64,000 bases of DNA from Haemophilus parainfluenzae (GTDB taxonomy: Bacteria; Pseudomonadota; Gammaproteobacteria; Enterobacterales; Pasteurellaceae), in NCBI GenBank assembly GCA_018366115.1, contig JAGZIS010000001.1:254118-318117 (forward strand). Direction: 5' to 3'. The position numbers and the translations under genes were made by a program. The first letter of the stretch is position 1. Every line of letters starts with the position of its first letter. Positions 10,820 to 21,825 of the stretch are shown here, one piece after another. The notes below the pieces were generated by a model, which had not been told where the DNA came from, did no database searches, and saw nothing but the letters and a program-made list of their open reading frames with translations.

Positions 10820-12241
10820 TTATGCTTTTGCTTGTGCGCGTTTCACGAAAACGACTGAAAGCGTGAATGCCACCACAAATGAAATCACCATACCGATGCT
10901 ATACATCGCAAGGCTATCCGGTTTGATTGATGGAATACCTAAGAAACCTGCGGCACCTAATGCAATAGCTTTTACATTGAAGAATGCGATAAAGGCACTC
11001 GCTAAGCCTGAACCAATCATCGCCGCAAAGAAAGCCTGACGATAGCGTAAGTTCACCCCGAACATTGCCGGTTCAGTAATTCCTAATAATGCAGAGATAC
11101 CCGATGGCACCGCTAAGCCGCGTACTTTTGGATCTTTTAATGCCACTGCCACACCTAAACAGGCTGCACCTTGTGCGATGTTTGACATTGCGGCGATTGG
11201 GAAAATAAAGGTACCGCCTGTATTTGCCATTTCAGCCAATAATTGTGTTTCAACCGCAATGAAGGTTTGGTGCATACCCGTGATAACAATTGGTGCATAG
11301 AACGCCCCGAAGATCGCACCACCAACGAAACCTAAAGTGTCATATAACCAAGTTAAACCTGATGCAATTAATGAACCCGCTTCACGACCAATTGGACCAA
11401 TTACGGTAAATGCTAAGAAGCCCGCAATAAAGAGCGAAAATAATGGGGTAATGAGGTTATCTAAGTAAGAAGGCACAAACTTACGGAAGGTTTTTTCTAA
11501 GGTTGCTAATACCCAAGCAGAAACTAATGTTGGGATAACAGTACCTTGATAGCCGACTTTTTCAATTTCAAGACCGAATACATTCCAGTATTGGATTTTG
11601 CCTTGCGCAAGGGTTAATGCGTAGTTCCAACCGTCTGCTAATGCAGGGTGAACTAATAACATTCCAAGCGCCGCCCCTAAGAATGGGTTACCGCCGAATT
11701 TACGGGTCGCCGAGAAACCAAGTAATACCGGTAAGAACACAAATGGTGCATTCGCGATGGTGTTAATAAAATCCACCAAATCCGCAAGACCCGGGTGCAT
11801 ATCAATCACGCTTAATTCATCAACGAAGAAACCTTTCGCTGTAAGCATGGAGTGAATACCCATTAACAAACCGCCTGCGACGATTGCCGGAATGATTGGC
11901 ACGAAAATATCCGCTAAGCCTTTCACCAAACGTTGCAATAAGTTTTGATTGCCTGACGCCACTTCTGCCACTTCGGCTTTGCTCACATCGCCGATACCAA
12001 GCAATTTGGTGAGTTCAGCATGGACTTTATTCACCGTACCAGAACCAAAGATAATTTGATATTGACCAGCGACAGCAAACTGCCCTTTCACGCCTTCAAT
12101 GTTATCAATACCTTCTTTGTCCACTTTGCTTTCATCGTTTAGCACAATACGTAAACGCGTTGCACAATGTGCTGCTGTGGCGATGTTTTCTTTGCCGCCA
12201 AGCTTATCAATCACTTGCTGGGCAATTTGAGGGAAGTTCAT
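10820..12241 (-). CDS. PTS EIIBC component, glucose-glucoside superfamily (TreB/ScrA-like).
   Basis: 473 aa. The N-terminal EIIB carries the CATRLR active-site Cys. The EIIC contains VITGMHQT, GITEPAMFGVNLRYR and AMIGSGLA, which closely resemble E. coli TreB and ScrA. Confidence 0.85.
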   Translation of the reverse strand: MNFPQIAQQVIDKLGGKENIATAAHCATRLRIVLNDESKVDKEGIDNIEGVKGQFAVAGQYQIIFGSGTVNKVHAELTKLLGIGDVSKAEVAEVASGNQNLLQRLVKGLADIFVPIIPAIVAGGLLMGIHSMLTAKGFFVDELSVIDMHPGLADLVDFINTIANAPFVFLPVLLGFSATRKFGGNPFLGAALGMLLVHPALADGWNYALTLAQGKIQYWNVFGLEIEKVGYQGTVIPTLVSAWVLATLEKTFRKFVPSYLDNLITPLFSLFIAGFLAFTVIGPIGREAGSLIASGLTWLYDTLGFVGGAIFGAFYAPIVITGMHQTFIAVETQLLAEMANTGGTFIFPIAAMSNIAQGAACLGVAVALKDPKVRGLAVPSGISALLGITEPAMFGVNLRYRQAFFAAMIGSGLASAFIAFFNVKAIALGAAGFLGIPSIKPDSLAMYSIGMVISFVVAFTLSVVFVKRAQAKA

Positions 12242-12332
12242 AGTGCTCTCCTAATGGGTTTCTAGAAAAAGAAAATCGACAGATTGTAACCAAAACAGGG
12301 GATAATAACTAGCTATTCAAGCAAATTTTAGG

Positions 12333-12366
12333 CGAAAAAAAACCGACTGGATTAAGTCGGTTTATA
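12333..12366 (-). terminator. Terminator downstream of tRNA-Leu/secG.
   Basis: On the minus strand, ACCGACT-ttaatcc-AGTCGGT is followed by a T-run. Confidence 0.7.
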
Positions 12367-12368
12367 TT

Positions 12369-12454
12369 TGGTGCTCTGGGCGAGACTTGAACTCGCACGG
12401 CCTGCGGCCACTACCCCCTCAAGATAGCGTGTCTACCAATTCCACCACCAGAGC
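12369..12454 (-). tRNA. tRNA-Leu (anticodon GAG).
   Basis: The reverse complement GCTCTGGTGGTGGAATTGGTAGACACG...CTTGAGG...GGTTCAAGTCTCGCCCAGAGCACCA has a long variable arm. It sits directly after secG, as in E. coli. Confidence 0.9.
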
Positions 12455-12474
12455 GTTTATTCTGTTTTTATTCC

Positions 12475-12822
12475 TTATTGCGGAATATCGTTATTTTTGT
12501 TTTCAACTGCTGGAGCAGCTTGTTGTTGCTGTTGTTGAACTTGTTCAGCCGTTTGAGATAAATCGTCAAATGAACCTTTTTGTACGTTACCGCGGTGAGA
12601 GTTGATATTACCTAACACTAAAGCGATGACAAAAAAGCCAGTTGCTAAGATTGCGCTGGTACGGGTTAAAAAGTTACCTGCACCTGCAGAACCAAACATA
12701 GTACCTGATGCACCGCCGCCAAATGACGCACCTGCGTTCGCACCTTTACCTTGTTGAACAAGGATAAAGCCGATTAAGGCGATACAAATTAATACATAAA
12801 CAAATAATAAAATATTGTACAT
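12475..12822 (-). CDS. secG: Preprotein translocase subunit SecG.
   Basis: 115 aa with two TM segments, a Gly-rich loop and a Gln-rich C-terminus typical of SecG. Confidence 0.9.
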   Translation of the reverse strand: MYNILLFVYVLICIALIGFILVQQGKGANAGASFGGGASGTMFGSAGAGNFLTRTSAILATGFFVIALVLGNINSHRGNVQKGSFDDLSQTAEQVQQQQQQAAPAVENKNNDIPQ

Positions 12823-12938
12823 TATTCTTTCTTCTCTAAATTGCGATTTCGCAAGAAAACTGGGAGCAAATGTTATATAAAATTCACGCTTTTCGCAAGC
12901 GCTTTCCCATTTTTTTTACTTAATTGTATTAAGTTTAA

Positions 12939-14882
12939 TCAATTTTCAGCGTTTAAATCTTCCGATTTTTTGACCGCTCTTTTTCGTTTCGTTGCTGGTG
13001 TGCTTAAACCTTTTGAAATCTGACTTAAACGACGTAATGCGGTGAAATCAACAAAACGCACTAAATCCGGCAACATTTGATTGAGTGTAAACATAAATTG
13101 CTGATAACTCGCCTGTTTTTGACTGATATCCGTTAATTGTGCTTCCCAATGTGCCGTCATATCAGGTTGTGTAGCAATATCCGGTAACGCTGAAATGAGG
13201 ATCCGCCCCGTTTCTGTGCTGTGAATATTACGCCCTTTTTTCGTCAAAAAACCGCGTTTAAACAGCAATTCAATAATGCCTGCTCGAGTGGCTTCTGTGC
13301 CAAGTCCATCCGTTTCGCGCAGAATTTTTTTCAATTCTTTATCTTGCACAAAGCGCGCAATACCCGTCATGGCCGAAAGCAATGTTGCATCAGTAAAAGG
13401 TTTAGGCGGTTGCGTTTTTTTGCTTACCACTTCGCCTCGTTCGCAGTACAGGATCTGTCCTTTCTTCACGATCGGCAATAGCGGCTCTTGATTTTCATCT
13501 TCGTCTTCTTTACCAAGCAATTCTTTCCAACCCGCAGTTTGCAAGTTGCGCGCTTGAGCCACAAAAGTACCGCCTGCAATACTTAAGGTAATTTTACTTT
13601 TACGATATTCCGCATCTGGACAGAATTGCAATAAATACTGGCGAGCAATCAATTCATAAATACGCTGTTCATCAATACTTAAATTGATCGAACGTGTATT
13701 AGCCGTCGGAATGATCGCATGGTGCGCTTCCACTTTTTTATCATTCCAACAACGATTACGTTGCTCAGTGTCTACCACCGATGGCAAAGCTTGATAAGTC
13801 TGACAATGCTGTGAAATGGCATTCATCACTTTATGTCGTTCAGCAAAATGCTCTTCCGGCAAATAGCGACAATCAGAACGCGGATAAGTAATCAATCGAT
13901 GGGTTTCATATAAACGCTGACAGGTATCCAACACGCTCTGTGCCGACATGCCAAAACGTTTTGCCGCATCAATCTGCAATGCTGACAACGAATAAGGCAA
14001 AGGGGCGGTTTCTTTCTCGCGCTTGTCCACATATTCAGTCACTTCGGCAGGTTGATCGGTAATTCGTTTCACCACATTTTCGGCTAAGCCTAAAGACAGT
14101 ACGCGACCATCTTCATCTTGGTAGTCTTCGCAAGCTTTACTTGGTTGCCAAAGTGCAGAAAAAAGTGCGGTCGGATTTTCAGACGTTTTTTCGTCTTTCA
14201 CCCATGCCAACACTTCATAGAAATCTTTGGGTTGGAAATTTTCAATTTCCAAATCACGGCGAACAATCAAACCTAATACGGGCGTTTGCACTCGTCCAAC
14301 GGAAAGCACGCCATCATAACCCGCTTGGCGACCGCGAATGGTATAAGCGCGGGTCATATTAATGCCGTACAGCCAGTCCGCACGTGCACGCGCCAGTGCG
14401 GAGGTAGCTAATGGGATAAAGTTACGATTCGGTTGGAGTTTTTGTACCGCTTTTTCGACCGCGCTTGGGTTAAGATCGCTAATCAAACAACGTAAAATGC
14501 CATCACGTTTTTCCGCTGATAAATTGGCATAACTAAACACTTCATCCACCAACAACTGCCCTTCTCTATCCGGGTCGCCTGCGTTAACTAAAACATCGGC
14601 TTGATGAATGAGTTTTTCTACCACAGAAAGTTGCTTTTTCACTTCTTTTCGCGGTAACAGAATCCACTTTTCAGGAATGATGGGTAAATGTTCTAAACGC
14701 CATTGTTTGAATTTAGGATCATAGGCATCCGGTTCAGCCTGTTCGAGCAAATGCCCCACGCACCAAGTCACAACATCATCATTGCCGCATTTAATAAAAC
14801 CATCCCCCCGTTGATGAGGTTTTGGCAATACATCGGCAATCGCTCGCCCAAGACTGGGTTTTTCGGCAATAAACAGGCGCAT
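12939..14882 (-). CDS. topB: DNA topoisomerase III.
   Basis: 647 aa. [20 protein letters not shown] begins the TOPRIM domain, and the type IA topoisomerase domains follow. Confidence 0.95.
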   Translation of the reverse strand: MRLFIAEKPSLGRAIADVLPKPHQRGDGFIKCGNDDVVTWCVGHLLEQAEPDAYDPKFKQWRLEHLPIIPEKWILLPRKEVKKQLSVVEKLIHQADVLVNAGDPDREGQLLVDEVFSYANLSAEKRDGILRCLISDLNPSAVEKAVQKLQPNRNFIPLATSALARARADWLYGINMTRAYTIRGRQAGYDGVLSVGRVQTPVLGLIVRRDLEIENFQPKDFYEVLAWVKDEKTSENPTALFSALWQPSKACEDYQDEDGRVLSLGLAENVVKRITDQPAEVTEYVDKREKETAPLPYSLSALQIDAAKRFGMSAQSVLDTCQRLYETHRLITYPRSDCRYLPEEHFAERHKVMNAISQHCQTYQALPSVVDTEQRNRCWNDKKVEAHHAIIPTANTRSINLSIDEQRIYELIARQYLLQFCPDAEYRKSKITLSIAGGTFVAQARNLQTAGWKELLGKEDEDENQEPLLPIVKKGQILYCERGEVVSKKTQPPKPFTDATLLSAMTGIARFVQDKELKKILRETDGLGTEATRAGIIELLFKRGFLTKKGRNIHSTETGRILISALPDIATQPDMTAHWEAQLTDISQKQASYQQFMFTLNQMLPDLVRFVDFTALRRLSQISKGLSTPATKRKRAVKKSEDLNAEN

Positions 14883-14886
14883 AAGA

Positions 14887-15489
14887 TTAGTCGATCTGAC
14901 GACGACCTAAGAAAGAATGGGTTAAGGTAGTACCGTCCACGGTTTCTAATTCCCCACCGACAGGGATCCCGTGAGCAATACGACTTACTTTAATATTATG
15001 TTGATGGCAAATTTCAGCAATATAATTGGCTGTGGCATCCCCTTCCACAGTTGGATTGGTCGCTAAAATCACTTCGTGGAAAGATTCTTCAACCAAACGT
15101 TTTTGCAATAAATCCAAACCAATCTCTTTTGGACCAATACCATCTAAAGGCGATAAGTGCCCCATTAAGACAAAATAACGTCCAGAAAACTGGCCGGTTT
15201 GCTCAATGGCTTGAATATCAGCTGGCATTTCCACCACGCAAAGTAATCCTGAATTTTGACGACGAGGATTGTTACAAATATTGCACGTTTCCTCTTCGGT
15301 AAAATCACGACACTGCGAACAATGCCCAATTTTAGACATCGCTTCCGTTAATGCACGTGCTAAATTCATCCCACCGCTACGATTGCGCTGTAAAAGATGA
15401 TAAGCCATACGCTGCGCTGATTTCGGGCCAACACCCGGCAAGCAACGAAGGTTTTCAATAAGATGTTCTAAAAGTGGACTGCTTTGCAT
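14887..15489 (-). CDS. recR: Recombination protein RecR.
   Basis: 200 aa. The [16 protein letters not shown] zinc finger, TOPRIM and HhH motifs are present. Confidence 0.95.
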   Translation of the reverse strand: MQSSPLLEHLIENLRCLPGVGPKSAQRMAYHLLQRNRSGGMNLARALTEAMSKIGHCSQCRDFTEEETCNICNNPRRQNSGLLCVVEMPADIQAIEQTGQFSGRYFVLMGHLSPLDGIGPKEIGLDLLQKRLVEESFHEVILATNPTVEGDATANYIAEICHQHNIKVSRIAHGIPVGGELETVDGTTLTHSFLGRRQID

Positions 15490-15550
15490 AGTATTTATGA
15501 TGGGAGAAAATGGATGATGTGTGAACCTATAGATTCACACACCCGATGAA

Positions 15551-15880
15551 TTAAAATGGAAATTTCATTCCTGGAGGTAATGGCATGCCTGCGGTTACAG
15601 AAGCCATTTTTTCTTTTTGCAATTCTTCTGCACGACGGACTGCATCGTTGAATGCGGCAGCAATTAAATCTTCCAACATTTCTTTATCGTCTTCCATTAA
15701 AGAAGGATCGATCTCAATACGACGGCAGTTGTGCGCACCATTAATCGTGATTTTTACTAAACCTGCACCACTTTCGCCAGTTACTTCTAATTGGGCAATT
15801 TCTTCCTGCATTTTTTGCATTTTTTCTTGCATTTGTTGGGCTTGTTTCATTAAGCCGCCTAAACCGCCTTTTCCGAACAT
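15551..15880 (-). CDS. ybaB: Nucleoid-associated protein YbaB/EbfC.
   Basis: 109 aa. [22 protein letters not shown] is a typical YbaB N-terminus, and the gene is upstream of recR. Confidence 0.9.
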   Translation of the reverse strand: MFGKGGLGGLMKQAQQMQEKMQKMQEEIAQLEVTGESGAGLVKITINGAHNCRRIEIDPSLMEDDKEMLEDLIAAAFNDAVRRAEELQKEKMASVTAGMPLPPGMKFPF

Positions 15881-16015
15881 TGGATTTTCCTTCTTGAATT
15901 AACTAAAACGAGCCGCATTTTAGCGAAAAAATTTGCCTTTGGGAACAGAGAAATTTATTATTCCACACTTCAAAACTGGGTCAAAAATGACCGCACTTTT
16001 ATTTAGGAATCGCTG

Positions 16016-17107
16016 ATGGAAACTCGTTATTACTTTATATTTACGGCAGCTATTATTTTGTTACAACTGCTGATTTATATTTTTAATAAAACGCTGATTT
16101 GGTGGCTTAACAAACCATTCTCCAAAAAAACAAGACGAGCAATCACCTTTACCAGTTTTTTGCTTCCTAATGTCTTGGTTATTTGCCATTTTTTAAAGCT
16201 TTTTACGGTATTTCGACTTATTGCTTTAATGCTCGCGCTACTCCTTTTTTCAGCCTTTGCGAGTATTGTAGTGGGATGTATCCACTTCCTTTTTCGAAAA
16301 TCCAAATCCATCTCAAAAATCGACCGCACTTTGCGCATTGCTTACCCAATTTTATTTATTAGTATCATTGCATTAAGTGTGTATAACGCCTATGTCACAC
16401 GTGTTATTCATTATGAAATTACGCTAGATAAACCGATTAAACCATTGCGAATTGGCATGGCAAGCGATCTCCATTTAGGCAAATTATTTGGTGGGAAAGA
16501 ATTGGATAAATTGGCTGATATTATGCAGCAGGAAAAGGTGGATATCATTTTACTACCTGGCGATATTATGGATGATAACGTCAATGCTTATTTAGCCGAA
16601 AAAATGCAACCCCATTTAGCGAAACTCAAGGCCCCAATGGGCGTTTATGCCACACTAGGCAATCACGATTTATTTGGGGACCAAGATCGAATTGATCAAG
16701 AAATTCGCAAAGCGGGTATTACGGTATTAAGAGATGAAACATTAACATTAAATAATGAATTGGTACTGATTGGACGAAATGACAATCTTGCTCACGATAG
16801 ACCAAGTACCGAGACGTTATTAAAACAAGTGAATACTGACTTACCGATTATTCTATTGGATCACCGCCCAACAGATATCGAAAAACATGCTTCACTCCCG
16901 CTTGATATTCAAGTTTCAGGGCATGCACATAAAGGGCAAGTATTCCCAGCGAGTTTAATCACGAAAATGATGTATCGTTTGGATTATGGTCATGAAAAAA
17001 TTGGCAACCCACATTTTTTTGTTACTTCTGGTTACGGCTTCTGGGGCATCCCAATGCGCTTAGGATCACAGTCTGAAGTAATTATTATTGACGTAAAAGG
17101 GAAATAA
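16016..17107 (+). CDS. Membrane-anchored metallophosphoesterase (calcineurin-like).
   Basis: 363 aa. Four N-terminal hydrophobic helices precede the motifs GMASDLHLG, LPGDIMDD, GNHD and SGHAHKG. Confidence 0.7.
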   Translation: METRYYFIFTAAIILLQLLIYIFNKTLIWWLNKPFSKKTRRAITFTSFLLPNVLVICHFLKLFTVFRLIALMLALLLFSAFASIVVGCIHFLFRKSKSISKIDRTLRIAYPILFISIIALSVYNAYVTRVIHYEITLDKPIKPLRIGMASDLHLGKLFGGKELDKLADIMQQEKVDIILLPGDIMDDNVNAYLAEKMQPHLAKLKAPMGVYATLGNHDLFGDQDRIDQEIRKAGITVLRDETLTLNNELVLIGRNDNLAHDRPSTETLLKQVNTDLPIILLDHRPTDIEKHASLPLDIQVSGHAHKGQVFPASLITKMMYRLDYGHEKIGNPHFFVTSGYGFWGIPMRLGSQSEVIIIDVKGK

Positions 17108-17138
17108 AAAAGAGCGGTCAAAAATGACCGCTCTTTTA
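17107..17138. terminator. Bidirectional terminator hairpin (USS-like variant AAGAGCGGTCAAAAATGACCGCTCTT).
   Basis: A perfect inverted repeat with A/T runs on both sides, lying between the convergent phosphoesterase and sdaA genes. Confidence 0.7.
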
Positions 17139-17152
17139 TTATCAATGAAATC

Positions 17153-18523
17153 TTAAGAACACACTACTTTCACCGCTAAGCCACCTTTCGATGTTTCGCG
17201 ATATTTGGCATTCATGTCTTTACCTGTTTCATACATGGTTTCGATCACTTTATCCAAGGTTACGCGAGGGTTAGTGGTTCGGCGTAATGCCATACGGCTA
17301 GCGTTAATCGCTTTCACCGAAGCAATCGCGTTACGTTCAATACAAGGTACTTGCACTTGGCCACCAACAGGGTCGCAAGTTAAGCCCAAGTTATGTTCCA
17401 TCGCAATTTCTGCTGCGATACATACTTGTACTGGTGTACCACCTAAGATCTCAGTTAAACCTGCGGCAGCCATTGAACATGCCACACCCACTTCACCTTG
17501 GCAGCCGACCTCTGCCCCCGAAATAGATGCATTCATCTTATAAAGGGAACCAATCATACCGGCAGCCAATAAGTAGCGTTCTATGACTTCTGGTGTTAAA
17601 GGTGCGACAAATTTTTCATAATAAGAAAGTACCGCCGGCACAATACCACACGCACCATTAGTTGGTGCTGTTACGACGCGACCACCTGCCGCATTCTCTT
17701 CATTTACCGCAAGAGCAAACATATTCACCCAGTCGATCACATACATTGGGTCATGGGCTAAACGGCCGCTATTCGCCTCCAAGAGACGATAAAGTGATGG
17801 TGCACGACGAGCAACTTTTAATGGTCCTGGTAACACACCTTCTGTTTTAATACCATGTTCAATACAATCTTTCATGGTTTTCCAAACATTCTGTAAATGT
17901 GCTTCAACCTCTTTTTTATCACGTAATGCTAATTCATTTTTCATCATCACCGTAGAGAGCATTAAGCCACTCTCCTGACAATGTTTCAAAATATCTTCAG
18001 CATGTTGATAAGGATACGGCACAGTCACTGGATTTTCTTCCTCTTGACCAAAATGTGCTTCATCCACGATAAAGCCACCACCGATAGAGTAATAGGTTTG
18101 GCGGTAGAGCACATTACGATCAGCATCTAATGCAGTAATGGTCATACCGTTCTCATGCAATGATAAAAAGGAATTATGGAATACCATATTGGCATCCCAA
18201 TCGAAATTAACCTTTTTTTTGCCCTGTGCAATCGACAGTTTTTTAGTTTGTTTAACCTGTTCGATAAAGGTTGGGATTAAATCAATATCCACATCATGCG
18301 GTAGATAACCGGCTAATCCCATAATGATCGCAATATCTGTATTATGACCATGTCCCGTCATTGAGAGAGAGCCATACACATCAACGTGCAAGGTTGCAAC
18401 CGCATCAAATTTACCTTGCTCGATTAAATCGTCAATAAACTGCTTGCCTGCTTTCATCGGGCCAACAGTATGGGAGCTGGATGGCCCAACTCCCACTTTA
18501 AACATATCAAATACACTAATCAT
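17153..18523 (-). CDS. sdaA: L-serine dehydratase.
   Basis: 456 aa. [23 protein letters not shown] is the typical SdaA N-terminus. Confidence 0.9.
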   Translation of the reverse strand: MISVFDMFKVGVGPSSSHTVGPMKAGKQFIDDLIEQGKFDAVATLHVDVYGSLSMTGHGHNTDIAIIMGLAGYLPHDVDIDLIPTFIEQVKQTKKLSIAQGKKKVNFDWDANMVFHNSFLSLHENGMTITALDADRNVLYRQTYYSIGGGFIVDEAHFGQEEENPVTVPYPYQHAEDILKHCQESGLMLSTVMMKNELALRDKKEVEAHLQNVWKTMKDCIEHGIKTEGVLPGPLKVARRAPSLYRLLEANSGRLAHDPMYVIDWVNMFALAVNEENAAGGRVVTAPTNGACGIVPAVLSYYEKFVAPLTPEVIERYLLAAGMIGSLYKMNASISGAEVGCQGEVGVACSMAAAGLTEILGGTPVQVCIAAEIAMEHNLGLTCDPVGGQVQVPCIERNAIASVKAINASRMALRRTTNPRVTLDKVIETMYETGKDMNAKYRETSKGGLAVKVVCS

Positions 18524-18558
18524 ATTATTTTAAATCCTAAGCTAAACTAAAAAGTCGC

Positions 18559-19797
18559 TTATAATAATCCATATACGACCGCGGAGATAGCAATTAATCC
18601 CATAACTGTAACAAATACATTGCTAAAACGACCTTGATAGCGTTTCATTGCTGGAACATTGCGAATCGCATACATAGGCATAATGAAAAGGATCATCGCA
18701 ATGATTGGGCCGCCAAGGGATTCAATTAAGCCTAAAATACTTGGGTTAATGATTGCTACGCCCCATAAAGTGAGTAAGAAGAATACTGCGGTACCGTAAT
18801 TTAATTTTTTACGATTTACACTTTCACCTTTCATTTTGAGGTATAAACCTTCTAAACCTTCACGAGCCCCTAAATAATGGCCAAAGAATGAACTCGTAAT
18901 CGCTAAGAAAGCCACTAATGGTGCAAAATAAGAAATGTATGGATTATCAAATTTGTTCGCAAGATACGACAAGATACTGATATTTTGTGCTTTTGCCTCT
19001 AATAACTCTGCCGGTGTTAAAGTTAATACACAACTAAACACAAAGAACATCACGAAGAAAAGTAATACGGTTGAAGTGCCTTTTTCTGTATGACCAATGT
19101 GATATTCCGTTTTATCAAAATCTTTATATTCACGTTGTTGAGAAAGTGTGAAAGAAGAAATTGCCGGAGAATGGTTAAAAGAGAATACCAACACTGGAAT
19201 AGTTAACCACAATGTCGTCACAAAACCACTCGCTGTAGGAAGCTCATAAAGCATTGATGCATTCCATTGAGGAATGAGATAGATTGATAATGCAAAGAGA
19301 ATCAATACCAATGGATAAACTAATAATTCAGTGATTTTCAACATTACTTTTTCACTGAATAACATTACCGAAATCAAGATCGCAATCAATACAAAAGAAA
19401 GAATGACACGATTTGGTGAAGCCATGCCTAATTGGTTAACAATGAAGGAATCAATGGTATTGGTGATCCCGTTTCCATAAATCAATAAAATTGGAAAGAT
19501 CGCAAAGAAGTACAATAAGGTAATTAATTTCCCCGCTGTCGCACCAAAATGCTCTTCTACCACTTCGGTAATATCACTGCCTGGTTTAGAAGAAGACAAC
19601 ACGAAATAAGCCAAACCACGATGCGCAAAATATGTCATCGGTCCGACTAAAATCGCCATCACAACCAATGGCCAGAAACCGCCCATCCCTGCATTGATTG
19701 GTAAAAATAATACCCCTGCGCCCACCGCAGTACCAAATAAATTTAATACCCAAGCTGTATCAAATTTATTCCATTTTTTATTAGTTTTAGTGCTCAT
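18559..19797 (-). CDS. sdaC: Serine transporter (HAAAP family).
   Basis: 412 aa of polytopic SdaC-like sequence, immediately upstream of sdaA. Confidence 0.85.
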   Translation of the reverse strand: MSTKTNKKWNKFDTAWVLNLFGTAVGAGVLFLPINAGMGGFWPLVVMAILVGPMTYFAHRGLAYFVLSSSKPGSDITEVVEEHFGATAGKLITLLYFFAIFPILLIYGNGITNTIDSFIVNQLGMASPNRVILSFVLIAILISVMLFSEKVMLKITELLVYPLVLILFALSIYLIPQWNASMLYELPTASGFVTTLWLTIPVLVFSFNHSPAISSFTLSQQREYKDFDKTEYHIGHTEKGTSTVLLFFVMFFVFSCVLTLTPAELLEAKAQNISILSYLANKFDNPYISYFAPLVAFLAITSSFFGHYLGAREGLEGLYLKMKGESVNRKKLNYGTAVFFLLTLWGVAIINPSILGLIESLGGPIIAMILFIMPMYAIRNVPAMKRYQGRFSNVFVTVMGLIAISAVVYGLL

Positions 19798-19913
19798 AAA
19801 TCACCCTCTAAAGTTAAATTATAAAATCTTTATCCAATGAATATTCATTCATTAAATTAATGGTGGCATTATGATAACGTTAGAGGGTGATCGCAAAGTA
19901 CAAAATAATAAAG

Positions 19914-19951
19914 TGTGATCTTGCTAACAATTTTATGTGACTTTTTTACAT
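19914..19951 (-). promoter_or_regulatory. Two putative CRP-like half-site pairs upstream of sdaC (TGTGA-tcttgc-TAACA and TGTGA-cttttt-TACAT).
   Basis: Each has a TGTGA-N6-TnACA pattern, about 120-150 nt upstream of the sdaC start. The E. coli sdaCB operon is CRP-activated. Confidence 0.3.
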
Positions 19952-20043
19952 AAATATTTATCTAGATCAAAAAACTGCGGTGAGAAATTTGAGCAAATTT
20001 TAAAGAGAGGAAAACAACAGAATAATGCTGAATTCTAAAAAGC

Positions 20044-20074
20044 AAAAAGCCGCTAAATTACTTTAGCGGCTTCT
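20044..20074 (-). terminator. Terminator downstream of tRNA-Asn.
   Basis: On the minus strand, AGCCGCTAAA-gtaa-TTTAGCGGCT is followed by TTTTT. Confidence 0.7.
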
Positions 20075-20081
20075 TAGAATT

Positions 20082-20157
20082 TGGCTCCTCCTGCGGGACT
20101 CGAACCTGCGACATATGGATTAACAGTCCACCGTTCTACCGACTGAACTAAGGAGGA
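20082..20157 (-). tRNA. tRNA-Asn (GTT).
   Basis: The reverse complement TCCTCCTTAGTTCAGTCGGTAGAACGGTGGACTGTTAATCC...GGTTCGAGTCCCGCAGGAGGAGCCA is near-identical to E. coli tRNA-Asn. Confidence 0.9.
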
Positions 20158-20159
20158 AA

Positions 20160-20235
20160 TGGTGCCTCGAGGCGGAATCGAACCACCGACACGGGGATTT
20201 TCAATCCCCTGCTCTACCGACTGAGCTATCGAGGC
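20160..20235 (-). tRNA. tRNA-Phe (GAA).
   Basis: The reverse complement GCCTCGATAGCTCAGTCGGTAGAGCAGGGGATTGAAAATCCCCGTGTCGGTGGTTCGATTCCGCCTCGAGGCACCA matches E. coli tRNA-Phe. Confidence 0.9.
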
Positions 20236-20463
20236 GTTATCGTTATTGGCTACTGCCTGACAACGGAGCGTATTAAACTATTTTTTCGGGTATCGGTCAA
20301 CAATTAAATTCAAAAAAAGTAAAAAAGTTGGTGTGTTTGAGTGGTTAATAACCAAAACGACTATAAAAAGAACGTATTTTGTAAAACTCAATCAAAAATA
20401 ACCGCACTTTCTCAAAAAATAATGCCCGAAATTTCTTTCGGGCATTGTATTTCATCGTAGAAA

Positions 20464-21543
20464 TTATCGTCTTACGCGGAATTTCTTCTGCGCCGCATCC
20501 ACTTTCAACAAGTAGTTTCTTGCTTGTGAGGATGGGTGTGCAGTCGTTAAGATACGATACACTTGTTCTGGATACATCTGGTTGATCTTATAGATCGCCT
20601 CATCTTTATCCTCATCGAATACGCGTAACACTGCACCTGCACCACTATTGTAGGCAGAAATCATTGCAAAACGTTTAGAGGTAGGATTAGTAATACCATC
20701 TAAATATTGATTTTGCAGAATCCATAAGTAAGAGACACCCGCATCAATGTTATTTGCTGGATCATAAAGGTAACGTGCAGATGGTTGTCCACCTTTACCT
20801 TTCATCGCAAATACATCACGACCTGCTGTGCTTGGTACCACTTGCATTAAGCCGATTGCATTCGCATAACTGATCGCATACGGGTTGAAGCTAGATTCTG
20901 TTTGCATAATACCTAAAATCAAGCTTTCATCAATACCATAGCGTTCTGCAGCTTTACGAACTAATGGAATATATTTTTGTGCACGCACTTCAACGTGGTT
21001 TGCAATCATTGAGATCACCACAAATTGCACAGTGTTACCATTTTGTAAGCGGCGAGTTTGTAATTTATTTTGGATTAAATAAGTCGCAAAGTTACTTGCA
21101 ATCACTTGGTTAGCAATTTGCTGACCATTGTTATCCACAACCTGACCTAATAAGAAAGGACGAGTACTAATCGGCACATCGCCAGAAGCAAATAAGTCGA
21201 TCCCTTTTGCATCGGAACCCATCAATAAAGTATGGACAATCGCATTGTGTAAGCGATTAAGATCTTGTTGAGTTTCAACAATAATTGTACCTTCGTCAAA
21301 GCTTACGTGGCTACGCGTATAGAAAGAGTCCGTGTATTTCACGTAGTCTTTACGACTCGCCACTAAAAGCTCATTTACCCCCCAAATACGATCGATATTA
21401 TGGGAGAATTGACCCGTTAAAATATCTAAACCTTGCGTGTCTTTTGAAAACACTTCGTCATAATTAATGCCACGTCGATGGGTTGGCGAGTCGCTACAAG
21501 CATATAAAAGTGGAAGTAGCGCCAATAATAAATACTTTTTCAT
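20464..21543 (-). CDS. mltC: Membrane-bound lytic murein transglycosylase C (lipoprotein).
   Basis: 359 aa. It has a signal peptide with LLYAC and an SLT-domain motif (ESxFNP...AxGLMQ). It lies downstream of yggX, as in E. coli. Confidence 0.9.
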   Translation of the reverse strand: MKKYLLLALLPLLYACSDSPTHRRGINYDEVFSKDTQGLDILTGQFSHNIDRIWGVNELLVASRKDYVKYTDSFYTRSHVSFDEGTIIVETQQDLNRLHNAIVHTLLMGSDAKGIDLFASGDVPISTRPFLLGQVVDNNGQQIANQVIASNFATYLIQNKLQTRRLQNGNTVQFVVISMIANHVEVRAQKYIPLVRKAAERYGIDESLILGIMQTESSFNPYAISYANAIGLMQVVPSTAGRDVFAMKGKGGQPSARYLYDPANNIDAGVSYLWILQNQYLDGITNPTSKRFAMISAYNSGAGAVLRVFDEDKDEAIYKINQMYPEQVYRILTTAHPSSQARNYLLKVDAAQKKFRVRR

Positions 21544-21552
21544 AATCTTTTG

Positions 21553-21825
21553 TTATTTAGATGGGGGAACGTAACCTTCAATATGCACATCTTTGCCTTC
21601 AAATAAGAAATTCACCATTTCTTCTTCTAATAATTTACGATGTTCGGCATTCATCATATTGAGTTTTTTCTCGTTCACTAACATGGTTTGCTTTTTGATC
21701 CATTCACCCCATGCTTGTTTACTAATTGAATTAAAAATACGTTTACCTAATTCACCGGGATACAGTTGAAAATCCAATCCTTCCGCATCTTGTTTCAAAT
21801 ATTCGCAAAAAACAGTTCTAGCCAT
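21553..21825 (-). CDS. yggX: Fe(2+)-trafficking protein YggX.
   Basis: 90 aa. [30 protein letters not shown] is the canonical YggX sequence. Confidence 0.85.
   Translation of the reverse strand: MARTVFCEYLKQDAEGLDFQLYPGELGKRIFNSISKQAWGEWIKKQTMLVNEKKLNMMNAEHRKLLEEEMVNFLFEGKDVHIEGYVPPSK

Noticed and set aside
12387-12605. A plus-strand 72-aa ORF spanning tRNA-Leu and the secG 3' end.
   Set aside because: It overlaps a tRNA gene and the secG CDS on the opposite strand, and so is spurious.
13221-14362. Plus-strand ORFs of 71-86 aa inside topB.
   Set aside because: They are antisense to a 647-aa conserved topoisomerase gene.
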